Source: Eledone cirrhosa (Eukaryota). From it: 64,000 bases of DNA. The stretch lies in assembly GCA_964016885.1 (NCBI GenBank), contig OZ024746.1, positions 93,000,001-93,064,000 on the forward strand, written 5' to 3'. Below the pieces are notes generated by a model. The model ran no database searches, had not been told where the DNA came from, and saw only the letters and a list, made by a program, of their open reading frames with translations. This document shows, one piece after another, positions 26,151 through 39,768 of this stretch. Every line of letters begins with the position of its first letter. Positions within the stretch are counted from its first letter, which is position 1. Made by a program: the position numbers and the translations under genes.

Positions 26151-26266
26151 TATGTATATATATATACGTATATACGTATGTATATATGTGTGTATATATA
26201 TATACGTATATGTATATATATATACGTATATACATATGTATATATATGTGTGTATATGTATATATA

Positions 26267-26305
<39 letters not shown>

Positions 26306-26503
26306 GTATATACGTATGTATATATGTGTGTGTATATATATATATATACATATATGTGTGTATATATATACGTATGTATATATATATATATATGTGTGTA
26401 TGTGTGTATATATATACACAAACTTCAGAGTATATGTATATATATAGTTTAAAATGAACAAACAAAACACAAGAGGCAATTTTACAGTTATATTAGGTTC
26501 ACC

Positions 26504-26551
<48 letters not shown>

Positions 26552-26720
26552 TAATACATGAACACATACATGTTCACACACACACACGTCCTTACATGTA
26601 TGTATACACATGTCCACGCATGTATATATATGTATGTGTGCATGCCGATACATGCACGCATACATATGTGTTCACATACAGCCACACGTGTGTGTATATG
26701 CATATGCCCATATGCATGGA
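26151..26720. repeat. TA/TG/CA compound microsatellites
   Basis: Directly visible. Confidence 0.9.
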
Positions 26721-28190
26721 TACAAGCTGCTCTCAATCATGGTTGGTTTTGAAAGGAAGCCAATTCTTGTCCTCCTCCTCCTCCTTCTCCACCTCCTACC
26801 GCTGTCTGTTACAGACTCCCCCCCTCCCCTCTATCTAAACTATTAGTTATTGATTGTTGTTCTTTGAAGTTCTACTTTAAACAATAAAACTGTGGTCTCT
26901 GTTGTTACTGTTGTTGTTGTTGATGTTGTAACGTTCAATATCTTTACTGGGGAGCTTCATTGGAGTAAATTGACTGGATAAAATGATTTTTACATTTTAT
27001 AAACTCTAACTAAATGAATTTTGTGCGTGTGTATATGTATGGGTGTGTAGTTCAATAATTGCCACCACCACCAACAACAACAATTCATATAGTACTTATC
27101 TTCATTTTTACATTTTATAAACTCTACATAGAATACTGATGCCTGTGTGAGTGTGTCTGTGTGAGTCTGGTTCAATAATTACCATCAGTGCCACCAACAA
27201 CGCCACCAATACCACCAACAACAACAACAACAACTCTTTATATCCTACTTATATCTCCATTTAGAAATTAACTACATTAAAATGATCAACTGTCCACCAA
27301 ATGAATGCTACTAAATCTGATACTTTGGAGCTCTTTGTTTATTAATTCTTCCCCCTTTTTATCCATTCCATCCATCTTTATCCCTCATTATCCAATTGTT
27401 AAGCTATATTTTACCAATAATTCAACAATTCCACCAGAGAATACTGCAGTTGGTTAATTGCTGTAATTGTACAAGACCTTCTATGAAGGCAACACACAGA
27501 CAGATATATCCAGCTTGTTAGATATTATATATCATCTCTTAGTTGGCTGTTCAACAAGTGTTATAAAGCCATTTTCCTTGCTGAAGCCGGGGTTAACCTT
27601 GCTGGAGGATGGTGGAAGCAGGAGTGCATGACAAGCTTTGTCATTTTTCTTTATCTGCTGCATCCCACTCCTTGTACGCAAGCCCTTTGTGTCTATTTCC
27701 TCCTGTATCATATTTAGCCATGTTTTCTTGGTCTTCCTTTTCTTCTACTTCCCACCATATTCACTTACATCTATCTTCTCACACAGTCACTTTCATCCTT
27801 CCTCAACCTATCACCGCGTTATCTCATTCCATTTCTCTTCACAGCATTCATCACTGAGCAAAACAGGGTTGGTCATCTGACCTTGCTTGTCTCACAATGG
27901 GACAGCTTGTTTAACCCATGCTAGTGACCTGACTTGTCTCATAGTGGGACTGCTTATCTAACCTATGCTAGTGACCTGGCTTGTCTCACATTGGAACAGC
28001 TCATCTAACCCATGCTAGCATGGAAAATGGACGTTAAACAATGATGATTGTCTTCCTCTCTCTGAATGATATTCTCCTCATCCACTGAATCAATCTCATT
28101 TCCCGTTCTTTCCAGCCTTCTTCGTTGCTCCATGTTTTGCTTCCTTAAATTATGTCTGATAAATGGGACATCATTAGATTGTTTCCACTT

Positions 28191-28347
28191 TTAACCCTTT
28201 AGCATTTAAACTGGCCATATCTGACCAGAATTCTCTTACCACTTTCTGTTCAAACTGGTTGTAACCAGCCACGCATACTGATGTTAAAGTATTGTTCTCA
28301 AAATAAATATCAAAATCTCATAGATTCGATATTATATGAGATAATTA
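28191..28347. mobile_element. Truncated TTAA MITE (family A)
   Basis: TTAACCCTTTAGCATTTAAA start; body matches 41723-41939. Confidence 0.75.
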
Positions 28348-28470
28348 GGGGATGTCGAAGGTTTGTAGGTTGCTTTGGAATGTCTGCTGCCAGGTCATCT
28401 TTGGTCGGTCTCTTTTCCGCTGTTTTGGGTGGGCAGTGTTCTGGGAGGCACAGAATGTGACCTGCAAAAC
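28348..28470 (-). mobile_element. RTE LINE C-terminal fragment (second family)
   Basis: Minus-strand translation FAGHILCLPEHCPPKTA..RPKMTWQQTFQSNLQ. Confidence 0.65.
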
Positions 28471-29077
28471 AGAATCATAATGATTTAGCAGAAAATATCT
28501 AAAAACAGTTTTGTTTATTCAAAAGTGTATAGTATCTTTACTAGTGTACAAATAGTGAAAATTGAGTGTTCATGTTATAATTTAAGACTGAACATATGAG
28601 GAAAAACCACATCCTGCTCATACATTCCGTATTTTGGCAGTTTTGACAACTGGGTGCACCCAGTAATTTCTGTAAACATTGCCAGTTCCTACAATGAGTA
28701 TACCAGTTACTCAAACAATAAAACAGCTTATTTGTGAAATGAACCTGCAGGGAGATTCAACAAGACATAGTGAGTGACAAGGCTGGCCTCTTGAAAATTA
28801 CTAGTATAACTTTCCAATAAAGTAGACTGGATCAATGGGAAATAGTGTCTTGTTCAAGGACACAACACACTGCCTGGTATCAAACTCTTGACTTTGGGAT
28901 CATGAGCCGGACAACCTAACCATGAAACCACATGCCTTCACTAAAAAAATTGCAGTAAAGTAAATACTTCAATTTTTTATAAGATACTCGACAGAAGGTG
29001 ATCTCCGACTTGCAGTTGATGGGATTGATGCTGAGTGCTGAGTGATGCTGAGTGCTGAGTGATGCTGAGTGCTGCAT

Positions 29078-29773
29078 GACTGGAATGAAAATCTGTGCTG
29101 TGAAAACTGAGATACTTGTCCTCTCAAGGAAGCCTGCGCAGTCTATATGTAAATGGAGTTCCACCGAAGCAGGTGGAGAAGTTCAAGTATCTCAGAGGCC
29201 GTGTTCACAAGTGATGGTAGGCAGGAAGCTGAATTAAATGCAAGAATTGCAGGAGCTGGCACATCACTGCGCCAGCTTCAGCATTTGGTCAACAGAAGAG
29301 AGGTAGGTGTAAAAGCCAAATTCACTATCTTCAATTCGGTATTCATGATCATGAATCTTGGGTAATGAACAATATGATCGCAAATACAAGCATCCAAAAT
29401 GGGATTCCCCCAAAGGGTCTTTGGAGTAATGTTACTTGATAAAGTGCGTAACTCAGAGATCAAAGAGTCATTCCAGATAGAGCCACTTCTTCTCCTAATT
29501 GAGAGATCACAGCTCTAATTTCTATGGGCATGTGGTTAGAATGTCTCAGGAAAGAATTGATGGACAGATTTTGCAGGCAAAACCAACTGCCAGGAAACCC
29601 AGGGGTAGGTCCCAAGCAAAATGGTTGAATAATATCCATGAGCTTGGCTGGTCTCACTTGGGAATCCAACTGGATCAGTTGGAGATGGTTGCCTCTGACA
29701 GGACCTGCTGGAAGGAGTGTTTAAGGACTCTGTCCCAACAACCTTCTTAGGAATAAATAGGTGAAGAAGAAGG
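29078..29773 (+). mobile_element. 5'-truncated Rex3/Expander-like RTE LINE (RT C-terminal part to 3' tail), frameshifted
   Basis: GMKICAVKTEILVLSRK..VEKFKYL..VFTSDGRQEAELNARI..MGF..DKVRNSEI..FYGHVVRMSQERI..KPRGR..WL; GAAGAAGAAG tail. Confidence 0.9.
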
Positions 29774-30685
29774 TAATACAATAATAAAGCTGTTTTATAC
29801 TTTTCAAGAATGTCCTGCTAATGCAGGTTCATGTGGTACAGGATATTAAAAGTTAACCTGTTTATACTCATTAATTTCTGACACAGACCCATCACTAATT
29901 TCATCAGGTTCTATTGTTCTATTTAATATTAAGTCTGCTTGTTAAAGTATTTCCCAACCCCAGTTATTGACTACATCATCGACTCCCTCCCACATGTCAT
30001 TAAGGATATAAGGTTTATTTATGGCTTCAAGATGAATTGAATCCAGGTAATAGAGGTGTCATGCTAAGATCTTATCAGGCTCTAGTCTGCGGTATTTCCA
30101 GGTAATAAAGAAATATTTAAGGAAATGTGTAAGCAGTGTTTAAACTGAAGTGTTGTCATGTGTTGAGACAGGTGTGCTAAATTTAGATCCAATCTTATCA
30201 AAATACACATAGTTACTGAAGAAAGGTGTGGGGGTGGGGGGTGTCATAATACAGTGATTAGCTGTAAATCTTGATTGATGGCTGCACATGTGACTGCGGG
30301 GTTAAGAAGTTTGCTTTGCAACTAGAAGTTTGTGACAGTGGGAGGCAGGATTTGAGCTCAGAATGCACAGAGCTAGATGATATGCTTCAAAATATCCTGT
30401 CTGACTCTTTAACAATTCCACCAATTCACCATTCCTGGATTAGTTGTTTATCTATGACCCTGAAAGGATGAAAGAGTAAGTTAACCTCAGCAATATTTTA
30501 ACATAGAGCGCAGTAAGTCAGAACAAATATCAAAACATTTACTCTGACACTCATAGTGACTCAGCCAATCCGCTCTCTTCATAAAAAGCTAAAGAATCTC
30601 AGAATAGAGTCAATGAAGGACAATAATTCCTAGTTTGCTCAAGCAGAGTTCCATTACCTAATAAAAGAGCTATATTTGTGAGAAT

Positions 30686-31456
30686 AATGTTTTATGTCCA
30701 TTTTCCATGCTAGCATGGGTTAGATGAGTTGCGCCGTTGTAAGACAGATGAGTGTGTCTTGCTCATACAGAACTGATTTTGCTTGGTTTCTACAGCTGGA
30801 TGCCCTTCTTAACACCAACCACATTTACAGTATGTATTGGGTGCTTTTGTTGTGACACCTACACATCTACTTTACAGTGTGTACAGGTGCTTTTGTCATG
30901 ACACCCACACAACCACCTTACTGTGTGGGCTGGGTACTTTTTGTTATGACATATACACAACCACTTTACAGTGTGTACTGGGTGCTTTTTGTCATGACAC
31001 AAGACCACCTTACAGTGTGAGCTGGGTGCTTTTTGTCATGACACTTACACAACCACTTTACAGTGTGTACAGGGTGCTTTTTGTTGTGACACCTACACAT
31101 CTACTTTACAGTGTGTACAGGTGCTTTTGTCATGACACCCACACAACCACTTTACAGTGTGTACAGTGTGGGCTTGGTACTTATTGCCGTGACACATATG
31201 CAACCACTTTACAGTGTGTACTGGGTGCTTTTTTTTGTCATGACACAAGACCACCTTACTGTGTGAGCTGGGTGCTTTTTGTTGTGACACCTACACAACC
31301 ACTTTACAGTGTGTACTGGGTGCTTTTTTTGTCATGACACAAGACACCTTACTGTGTGAGCTGAGTGCTTTTTGTTGTGACACCTTCACAACCACCTTAC
31401 AGTGTGGGCTGGGTGCTCTTTTGTCCAACCCACACTGTAAAGTGGTCATGTAGTGG
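30686..31456 (-). mobile_element. RTE-tailed SINE-like element with an expanded ~45-bp degenerate tandem array (30810-31420)
   Basis: Tail TTTTCCATGCTAGCATGGGTT, the GGATGCCCTT motif, and more than 10 units of ACAACCACTTTACAGTGTGTACTGGGTGCTTTTTGTCATGAC. Confidence 0.75.
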
Positions 31457-33006
31457 TAGTGACTCAGCAAATCCGCTCTTTTCATTAAAAAAAAACTAAA
31501 GAATCATAGAATAGGGTCAGTGAAGAACAAGAACTCCAAGTTTGCTCAAGCAGAGTTACATTACCTAATACAAGAGCTACATTTGTGAGAATTACATGGA
31601 ATGTAAGAGTTGTATATTTTTATCTGTTAGAAAATATGTTAGCTGACTACTAGCTGGGAAACTAGTGTGTCTGTTAATAGGAATATATTCATTGCAGATA
31701 GGTTTCTATGTTATATATTTCAAATGTTGATGAGTAGGAAGAGATCCAATAGTGTTGCCTTTATCTAGAATATACAAACCTGTGTTCTGGTGTTCTGCTC
31801 TGCTGGCTATGTCTTATCATGAAATATCAGGAATACAGGGGCATCTGTTTTGTGTATTGTTATCAATTCTCTCAACTGGCATTGTTAAAATCTATGAAAA
31901 AATGAAATGTATGTATATGTGTGATGATCATCATGAGTGTGTGTATGTGCAGTTGCTTGGCAGAATGTCATATGATGAAAGAAAGGGGCCCTTGATATTT
32001 TGAAAATGGAGATAAATATTTATTCTTCATAAAATCAAACTGCATTACTGTCAGTTTCATTTGGATTCAAAAAATGTCATCTGTTGAAACCAAAATCATC
32101 AGTTGTCTTTCATCAGTATTGCAGTTAGACTGATTCTAAGACAAATCTATGATCACATTGTTCACTCCACTTCTTTTTCCAGTTGCCTTGTGTTTGGATA
32201 TATTCCCAATGTTACACATGTATGTCCTCAATATATATTCTAGATCTGACTTTTCAACTTTTAAATGAATGTTATTTGATAGGACAATGGATTGCAGCTT
32301 TTAGCTTTGTCTTCTATGTTTAGAGTTTAAATCCCACTTGGGCTGATTTTCATCCTGGTATTCATAAAGATAAACTATTACTCATCTGCAGGGTTTGATT
32401 TCTCTCCTTCTACCCTCCTATTTTGTACCAAAGTGAGAAATCATTATTAATCAGTTATTTCCATGTAGAGGAAGTGGGGGAGAGTGAATGTATTAGCGGA
32501 CCAGTGTAAAGCCTGTAACAGGTCAAAGCCAAATTTGAAATGTAGGCTACCAAAGCTTGCAGTAGGCCCGAGCCAGATTTGCAATTTTTGTTTTATTAAC
32601 AATCAAACAAAAATAATATTCAGTTAAAATATATTTTATAACCCCACCTAAAAAATGTTTCAATAGGTGCATTTCATAATAAAATGGAAGTTCTCTGATT
32701 ATTATTTTACAGATGTATTTATCTTTTTTAAAAATTTCACATTAGTGGTACGTGGAATTTAAAATTATGAATTTAGAGGTCCATGAGGTCTGAAAGGTTG
32801 GTGACCACTGATCTAGATAAAAGAAGTTGTCAACTATTTCTAGGGAACCTGCATGGGATTGAAAGCAATTTATTTCAATGGGGGGGTCTTAATACTAACT
32901 ATACCTGTGCATCTCCAATATACAGAGTCTATCTTTTCTCTTAGGTTGCCAACAGTCCCACTCCACCTCTTGTGTACTCATGTTTTAGCATTTGTATATT
33001 GTATAG

Positions 33007-33170
33007 CAGTCGTAGGCAAATTGCAGCCTGCGAGCACCATGCAACCCATTTGGGTTTCTGAATGGCACACCTAATTTCAAAATTGCTTTGAATTTTTTAG
33101 TAGTGCAATCCGCCTTATGATGAGCCACATCCTATGCGGCCCACTACTCGAAAATGGTTGCCCATGCCTG
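33007..33170. mobile_element. hAT-type MITE (~165 bp)
   Basis: Termini CAGTCGTAGGCAA / TTGCCCATGCCTG; imperfect 8-bp flanks TTGTATAG / ATGTATGG; a second copy lies inverted at 62638-62801. Confidence 0.7.
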
Positions 33171-33489
33171 ATGTATGGTTTTCTTACCTACTTCTTTTTA
33201 CATATCAGCTGTGGCTACTTCTCTAGCCAGATCAGAGTTCTGGCTTTATTCTTGTTTACTAAAACTTTGGTATTTGTTAATTTTACTCTGAGCATATATA
33301 TCACAGTTGACCGGTGTTTGAGTTAGGCCTATGCTGGCTAATCCTTCACTACCAGTTGTATAACATATCTGTATCTATATAGCAGCCTAATGAAACAAGC
33401 TGAAAGCTGAAATTTCAAAATCACTGCCACTTTTTTACTTAGAAAATAAAATTTTACCACTCTAAACACATTGCAATCGTTGCCATAGT

Positions 33490-33658
33490 CATTATCATCA
33501 TCATCCTCACCCCAACCACCATCACCATCACCACCACCACCACCACCATCACCACCACCACCACCACCATCACCATCACCACCACCACCACCACCATCAC
33601 CATCACCACCACCACCATCACCATCATCATCATCATCATCACCATTGCCACCATCACC

Positions 33659-33692
<34 letters not shown>

Positions 33693-33730
33693 CAACCACC
33701 ACCACTACCACCACCACCACCATCATCATC
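33490..33730. repeat. (CAC/CAT)n repeat
   Basis: Directly visible. Confidence 0.95.
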
Positions 33731-34423
33731 AGTGGATTTGGTAGACAGAGACTGAAGAAGCTTGTCATATATGGGTGACATTTTTGTTATAAATTAGACA
33801 ATATTTTAATTAATACTGTTTAAAAAATATTCAGTAGCACAGAATTTTTATTGAAATTTTCCTGGAAGGTTTATAAATCCTAGTGAGGTTGGAATTCAAT
33901 CAATAACAACTTCTGGTGTTTTTCAGACTATTCTAGAATATTAAATGTCCATAAATTCCTCTCTAAACTAATTATGTTATAATCACACCTTTCCAATAGT
34001 GCTTATGATGATTATGGTATAGGAAATAGTCGAACATCTTGCCTTCAGCTACCCAACTGAGGTTTGATTAAATTAAATCTTTTGATACCCAACAGGGTTT
34101 TCAATTAAGAGGAAATTAACCCTTTTGTTATCATGTTTCTGTTCAAAGACAATACTTACATTTTTTTTTTCAAATCGTTTTGAAAAGAAAAAATTTGGAG
34201 GGATATAATAATTAATATAACTAACTTTTTCGTTATTAATTTGGTGTTTTGGAACATAACTTAACACAGTTTCTTACATAAAATTATGATAAAAGGTTTC
34301 TAGATAAATATAAACATTTTAATTCTTTTTGTTACTATTGAGACACTGCCTATGATTTTAAAATAATTTTGAAATTAATTAAAGGATTTAGTAGGATTTA
34401 GAAATCAACTAATGTTCTCATTA

Positions 34424-34666
34424 TTAACCCTTTTATGACCACATTTCTAATGAAATACACTTTCAATTAAATGAATAATGAAGAATTTTGAGGGATTTAC
34501 TAAAATTATTAATTATTTCGTTACTAAGACAGAACTTAATGTAAGGTTCTTATATAAAATTACGTTGGTTGAAAGATTTTAACTTAAAATGGAAACCTTT
34601 AAAATTGGTGATTTTATTTCATAGAACCAGAGCCGGTTTTGGCTGTGTTGGTAACTAAAGGGTTAA
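34424..34666. mobile_element. piggyBac-type MITE (family B) nested at a TTAA inside a family C MITE
   Basis: TTAA duplicated at both ends; removing the insert restores CATTATTAA(A/G)CTGGT as seen in uninterrupted family C copies. Confidence 0.8.
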
Positions 34667-34796
34667 ACTGGTGTTTGGAGTGTGACTTAACAAAGCTTCT
34701 TACATGAAATTATGATAGAAAGGTTTTAGATAAATATAAATGCAGTTTAGTATTGTAGGATTAAGGGCAGTTTCAGATGTTTGGGGATCAAATGGG

Positions 34797-34955
34797 TAGG
34801 CATGGCTGTGTGGTTAACAAATTTGCTTTGCAACCACATGGTTTTAGGTTCAGTCCTATGGCACAAAACCTTGGGTAAATGTCCTCTGCCATAGTCTTGG
34901 GTCAACTAAAACCTTGTGTATGGAATCTGATTCATGGAAATTGTGTGAAAGCCTG
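34797..34955 (+). mobile_element. tRNA-head CORE-like SINE (related copies ~46920-47080, 60113-60280, 61853-62010)
   Basis: GGCATGGCTGTGTGGTTAA A box, GGTTCAGTCC B box, ACCTTGGGTAAATGTC CORE-like segment. Confidence 0.7.
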
Positions 34956-37183
34956 TTAGGACATTTCTTGTCCATAGGTGGTAGATTTAATCCATTATGC
35001 AGTTTATCTCTCCCACTTTGCCCATGAGTAATGTTCCATCTAATTTGCCCTAATCACTGAATGGAATACTTGATGCTTTGAGCATATTTTAAATTCTAAG
35101 CTATTGCACAGCAACATTTCAAAGCTTAGAGGGAATGTTGCCCTTGGGAACTATATTTCTGTGTCCACACTGATGTAAACATTTGGACCTGGTTTGAGAG
35201 CAACATATATATCTTTCCAGTAGTATGGGTGGCCCAAAAAAGATTCACAAAACGGGTGGTTTTCTGCTAGCATGTGTAGTGTGTATATTGATATTATACA
35301 CAAGTATATATACATGTAGATATAATACATCAAATAAAATCATAATTGACAATATAAACAGAAATTGAACGAAGACGTTGTTACACTGTCTTATGTAATC
35401 AGTAACATAATCCATGATACATTAAAAAAAGACGATATTATATATAAACTGCATTAAGAGAAAATTGGTATGTTTATTTAAGTGATCGCCACTGTAAGTG
35501 TTGACATCACACACTCTCTCTTTCTATATATATATATGGTAGTTGAAGTGGTGGTGGTGGCAACGATGTACTGGAAGTGCAACTTTGAAAAGAAATCAAT
35601 TTTAAATTATTTATTTTTACAAAATAATTTTTGTTTACGAAATTTAGTAGATAAATTATGTAATATTCATTCATTATTTATTCAAAGTAATCCAACTTAT
35701 TTTACTAATGGGATAAAAAAAAAATAAACCATACGCAGTCCCTCCTTTATTATAGTTTAGATTGGTTAAATCCCTTCAAAGCAGTGCTCCACCATGGTCG
35801 CAGTCTAATGACTGAAACCAGTAAACAATATAAACAATAAAAGACAATCTTTCCTTCACACACATGTTCAAACTAGTGTAGTTGTGTCTTCCAAAAACAT
35901 CTACCATGTCTGCTCTGAGATGTCCCAGGTGTGATAACCCAGCTAATCTCTCTCTGTTAAAAAACAACAGTACTACTAACTTGTCTTATCCTTGACTACA
36001 ACTAAGGTTGTAATTTTAGTTGTATCAATGTTACCTTGACATACCTGTCAATGGTTTGGTATTAAATCCTTCCCCCACAGCTTGTCATATTTGACAGACA
36101 GGTATCATAATAATAATATTGCAGTTTACTGTTTTACAAAAGCAATCATCTCACACAGAAATCAAGTCATAGTTCAACAACAAACAGCCCAACACTTGTG
36201 TCTCTTTCCTACCTTTTTAATAACATACCTTTAACCACAAATGTTATTTTAAACATTTAACAGAATTCACTGCTGGACTTTGTTGTTATTATTAACCTGT
36301 TTCTGTGTTGTTAAACTTTACTGTACCTGCTTTATTATTTTCATAATTGTCATGGCTGTTATCAATAACTTTAGATCATCTCATCTTGGCCCATCTTCCA
36401 ATTGAACCAGGGAAACAGTCATGCCAGCTGCCTAGATCCATCATGACTTTTCATAATTCTGATGCAGGCATTGGTCTTGTGTCTTTAAAAAATATGACAG
36501 TCAAGTTAGTGGTTTGTCTCTCGTGGATTTTCTACTCATGTATTGTCTACTACACCACCCTATTTGAGGTCATTTCTTTAAGATGTCTCACACATATGGT
36601 GTATATAACTTTGTGAAAGTGTTTGGGCTCAGTGATTAGGATGTTTGGTTCACAATCATAAAGTTGATTCTTGGTGGTGTGTCTTTGAGCAAGACACATT
36701 ACTTCAGTCTATTCAGCTGTAATCTGCTGCACTGGTGAAACAGTTGTTCATCCCCACATGACTTTACTTCATTATCATCAACATTTTACATCTGCTGTTC
36801 CATGTGCACATGGGTTGGACTGTTAAGTACTTAAAGGGATTATGTCCCCTTACCCATGGGTGGGATGGAGGGCCCACATCATGTTTCCTTATGTTCCTGT
36901 TTTGGAATGGTTTCTCCAACCACTTTACAGTGTATGGAGTGGATTTTATGACATCAGTATAAGAGAGATTGTCTTATCCTTGACACAACTGAAAATTCTT
37001 CTCAACCACTTTACTGTGTACTGAATGCTTTTTACGATTAACACCAACACTAGGAAAGTTGTCTTCTTAAAATAACTGAAGAGTTCTTTCAACCATTTGT
37101 TCGGCATATTTCTACAGCTGGATACCCTTCCTATCACCAACCACTTTACAGTGTGAACACAAAAATACAAAAGATTGTTTCTA

Positions 37184-37629
37184 TCTATATATTTAAAACT
37201 GATGATGTCTCTGTGTGTGTGTCCTCATTTTTGCAAAGTCTATACAAATCCACATTTCGACTCCGATTGACTTCAAACTTGCATTTATAGATTCCTTGTG
37301 GTCTAAAGATATTAACTGCAGCTTATATTTTTCAATTTGTTGTTAAAGGGGTGTTAGGCGCCGGTTATCCATCTCCGTCGCGCTCTTATAATATCTGTCT
37401 GCATTACAACATTATGACAAACATTGATGACGTATTATGTTCGCTATTTTCCGTTCATTGTCAGGGAACGTCTTCACGAACCAAAGTATCGTCTTCCTGT
37501 TTTCCTTCGGTTGCAACGTTTTTCGAAATATTTACTTCTGCGTTCACAGATTGATGTTTTTAGTTTCAGAAGATCCCATTAAGGGTGAAAGCAACGATTC
37601 TTTGCTTAAACTTTAATCTGTTATTTTAA
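37184..37629 (+). mobile_element. Helitron-like 5' portion
   Basis: A|TC-TATATATTTAAAACTGA..TGTGTGTGT..CCGATTGACTTCAAACTT, a typical start for non-autonomous Helitrons; it has no CTAG end of its own before the next element. Confidence 0.5.
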
Positions 37630-38258
37630 TCTATATATGTATATATATAAAACTGAGGAAGGAAATTATGTATGTGTGAAACCCGAGAAGTACCCAACCA
37701 ATCTTTTTCAAACTTTACATGTGTATTACTTATATTTCAGGGAGTGTTATGCACATTAAAAAAATTCAACTTTTTGATCCCCTAGGGCCCACATTAGGTG
37801 AAAAATTGCGTTTTTTTTTCAGCCTTTTAGGAGTTTTTTGAGGCGTTACGTCAGACCGATTTCCTTGAAATTGTAACGATGTATTAGTCAGTCGCTTCTT
37901 CATACCGTGAGCAAAGAAAATCCAACTTTTTTATGGCCTGCATTAGGTGAAAATCTTTATTTTTTTCAGCTTTTTAGGGCTTTTTTGAGGCGTTACGTCT
38001 AGCCGATTTTCCTGAAATTTCAAGGCATATTATGCACATTAAAAAAATTCATTTTCTTGATCCCCTAGGGCCCACATTAGGTGAAAACCTGCCTTTTTCC
38101 TGCTTCATCGATGAAAATCTTAGATTATCCAGCCATCAGAGTATTTGGTTTATTTTCTTTACATATTGTCCAGGGATGCAGTTTTTCCACGATTAGGTCT
38201 GTTGGCGGCCCGCGTTCCAAAATACCTTATCCTGTGCAACGCCGGGTACCACTGCTAG
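37630..38258 (+). mobile_element. Non-autonomous Helitron
   Basis: A|TC 5' end; 3' hairpin CCTGTGCAACGCCGGG then CTAG|T (38255-38259); internal duplications (~37746-37870 versus ~37943-38088). Confidence 0.8.
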
Positions 38259-38304
38259 TAGTTACTATGATAGTTGTTGAGACGCCAGACTGCCTTCTTC
38301 TGAC

Positions 38305-39148
38305 AACTATGATTGTTGTTTTCGAGCCCCAAGTCAGCTCTCTTCTGGCAGAACTATGATTGTTGTTTTCGAGCCCCAAGTCAGCTCTCTTCTGGCAGAA
38401 CTATGATTGTTGTTTTCAAGCCCCAAGTCAGCTCTCTTCTGGCAGAACTATAGTAGTTGTTTTCGAGCCTCAAGTCAGCTCTCTTCTGGCAGAAATATGA
38501 TTGTTGTTTTCGAGCCTCAAGCCAGCTCTCTTCTGGCAGAACTATGATTGTTGTTTTCGAGCCTCAAGTCAGCTCTCTTCTGGCAGAACTATGATTGTTG
38601 TTTTCGAGCCTCAAGTCAGCTCTCTTCTGGCAGAACTATGATTGTTGTTTTCGAGCCTCAAGTCAGCTCTCTTCTGGCAAAACTATGATTGTTGTTTTCG
38701 AGCCTCAAGCCAGCTCTCTTCTGGCAGAACTATGATTGTTGTTTTCGAGCCTCAAGTCAGCTCTCTTCTGGCAGAACTATGATTGTTGTTTTCGAGCCTC
38801 AAGTCAGCTCTCTTCTGGCAAAACTATGATTGTTGTTTTCGAGCCTCAAGTCAGCTCTCTTCTGGCAGAACTATGATTGTTGTTTTCGAGCCTCAAGTCA
38901 GCTCTCTTCTGGCAAAACTATGATTGTTGTTTTCGAGCCTCAAGCCAGCTCTCTTCTGGCAAAACTATGATAGTTGTTTTCGAGCCTCAAGTCAGCTCTC
39001 TTCTGGCAGAACTATGGTAGTTGTTGATGAGCCTCAAGTCAGCTCTCTTCTGGCAGAACTATGGTAGTTGTTGATGAGCCTCAAGTCAGCTCTCTTCTGG
39101 CAGAACTATAGTAGTTGTTTTCGAGCTCCAAGTCAGTTCTCTTCTGAC
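38305..39148. repeat. 47-bp minisatellite, ~18 copies
   Basis: Unit AACTATGATTGTTGTTTTCGAGCCTCAAGTCAGCTCTCTTCTGGCAG arranged head-to-tail with no spacers. Confidence 0.97.
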
Positions 39149-39768
39149 ATATCTATGATTAACGGTATTCCAGCCAATATGACTTTTCATGGTATTCTAG
39201 TTTTTATTCTGATATATCTAGAATTACATCACCCAATGTTTTCTTTATTTTGTAATAAGGTATCATTTGAGTGTAATTTGGCTGCTATTTTTGTAACTGC
39301 TTAAGTGATCATATAGTCTTCTTCCATCTTACTCCAACATGTTCTATTTTGAACTAATTTTCATTTAAAATAAATGTGTGTATATATGTGTGTATGTTTG
39401 TGTGTGTGTGTATATGCATGTGTAGGTGTGTGTGTATATATATGCAAAAAGTAAATAGAAACAACAAAACAAACAGCACAGTGCAATGAAGAAATATATT
39501 AGTTTAATGCTTGACATAGTAGGAAAAGAATCTTTGTTTCGAGTAGTAGTGGCAATAGTATCAGTTGCAGTAGCAGGAGTAGTTGTAGCAGTATTTTATC
39601 ACTGATGTATTCTGGTATGTTGATGACACATTGATAATGTCATTGGTTCAACTGTTTCTATAGCAATAAAAGGGTTAAAATTGTTGATTTTGATAATGTA
39701 TACACACACACACACACAATGATGATGATGATATATATTTATATTTTCTTTTCTTTTTCTCATTTCAG

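Noticed and set aside
28348-28470. Minus-strand exon after a TTTTGCAG acceptor-like site
   Set aside because: The translation is an RTE LINE C-terminal motif and there is no donor site.
33338-33781. Gly/Asp-rich 147-aa ORF
   Set aside because: Reverse translation of a CAC/CAT repeat.
38305-39148. 47-bp repeats as a CRISPR array
   Set aside because: Head-to-tail units with no unique spacers, eukaryotic context and no cas genes; the same applies to the 112-bp and 29-bp arrays.
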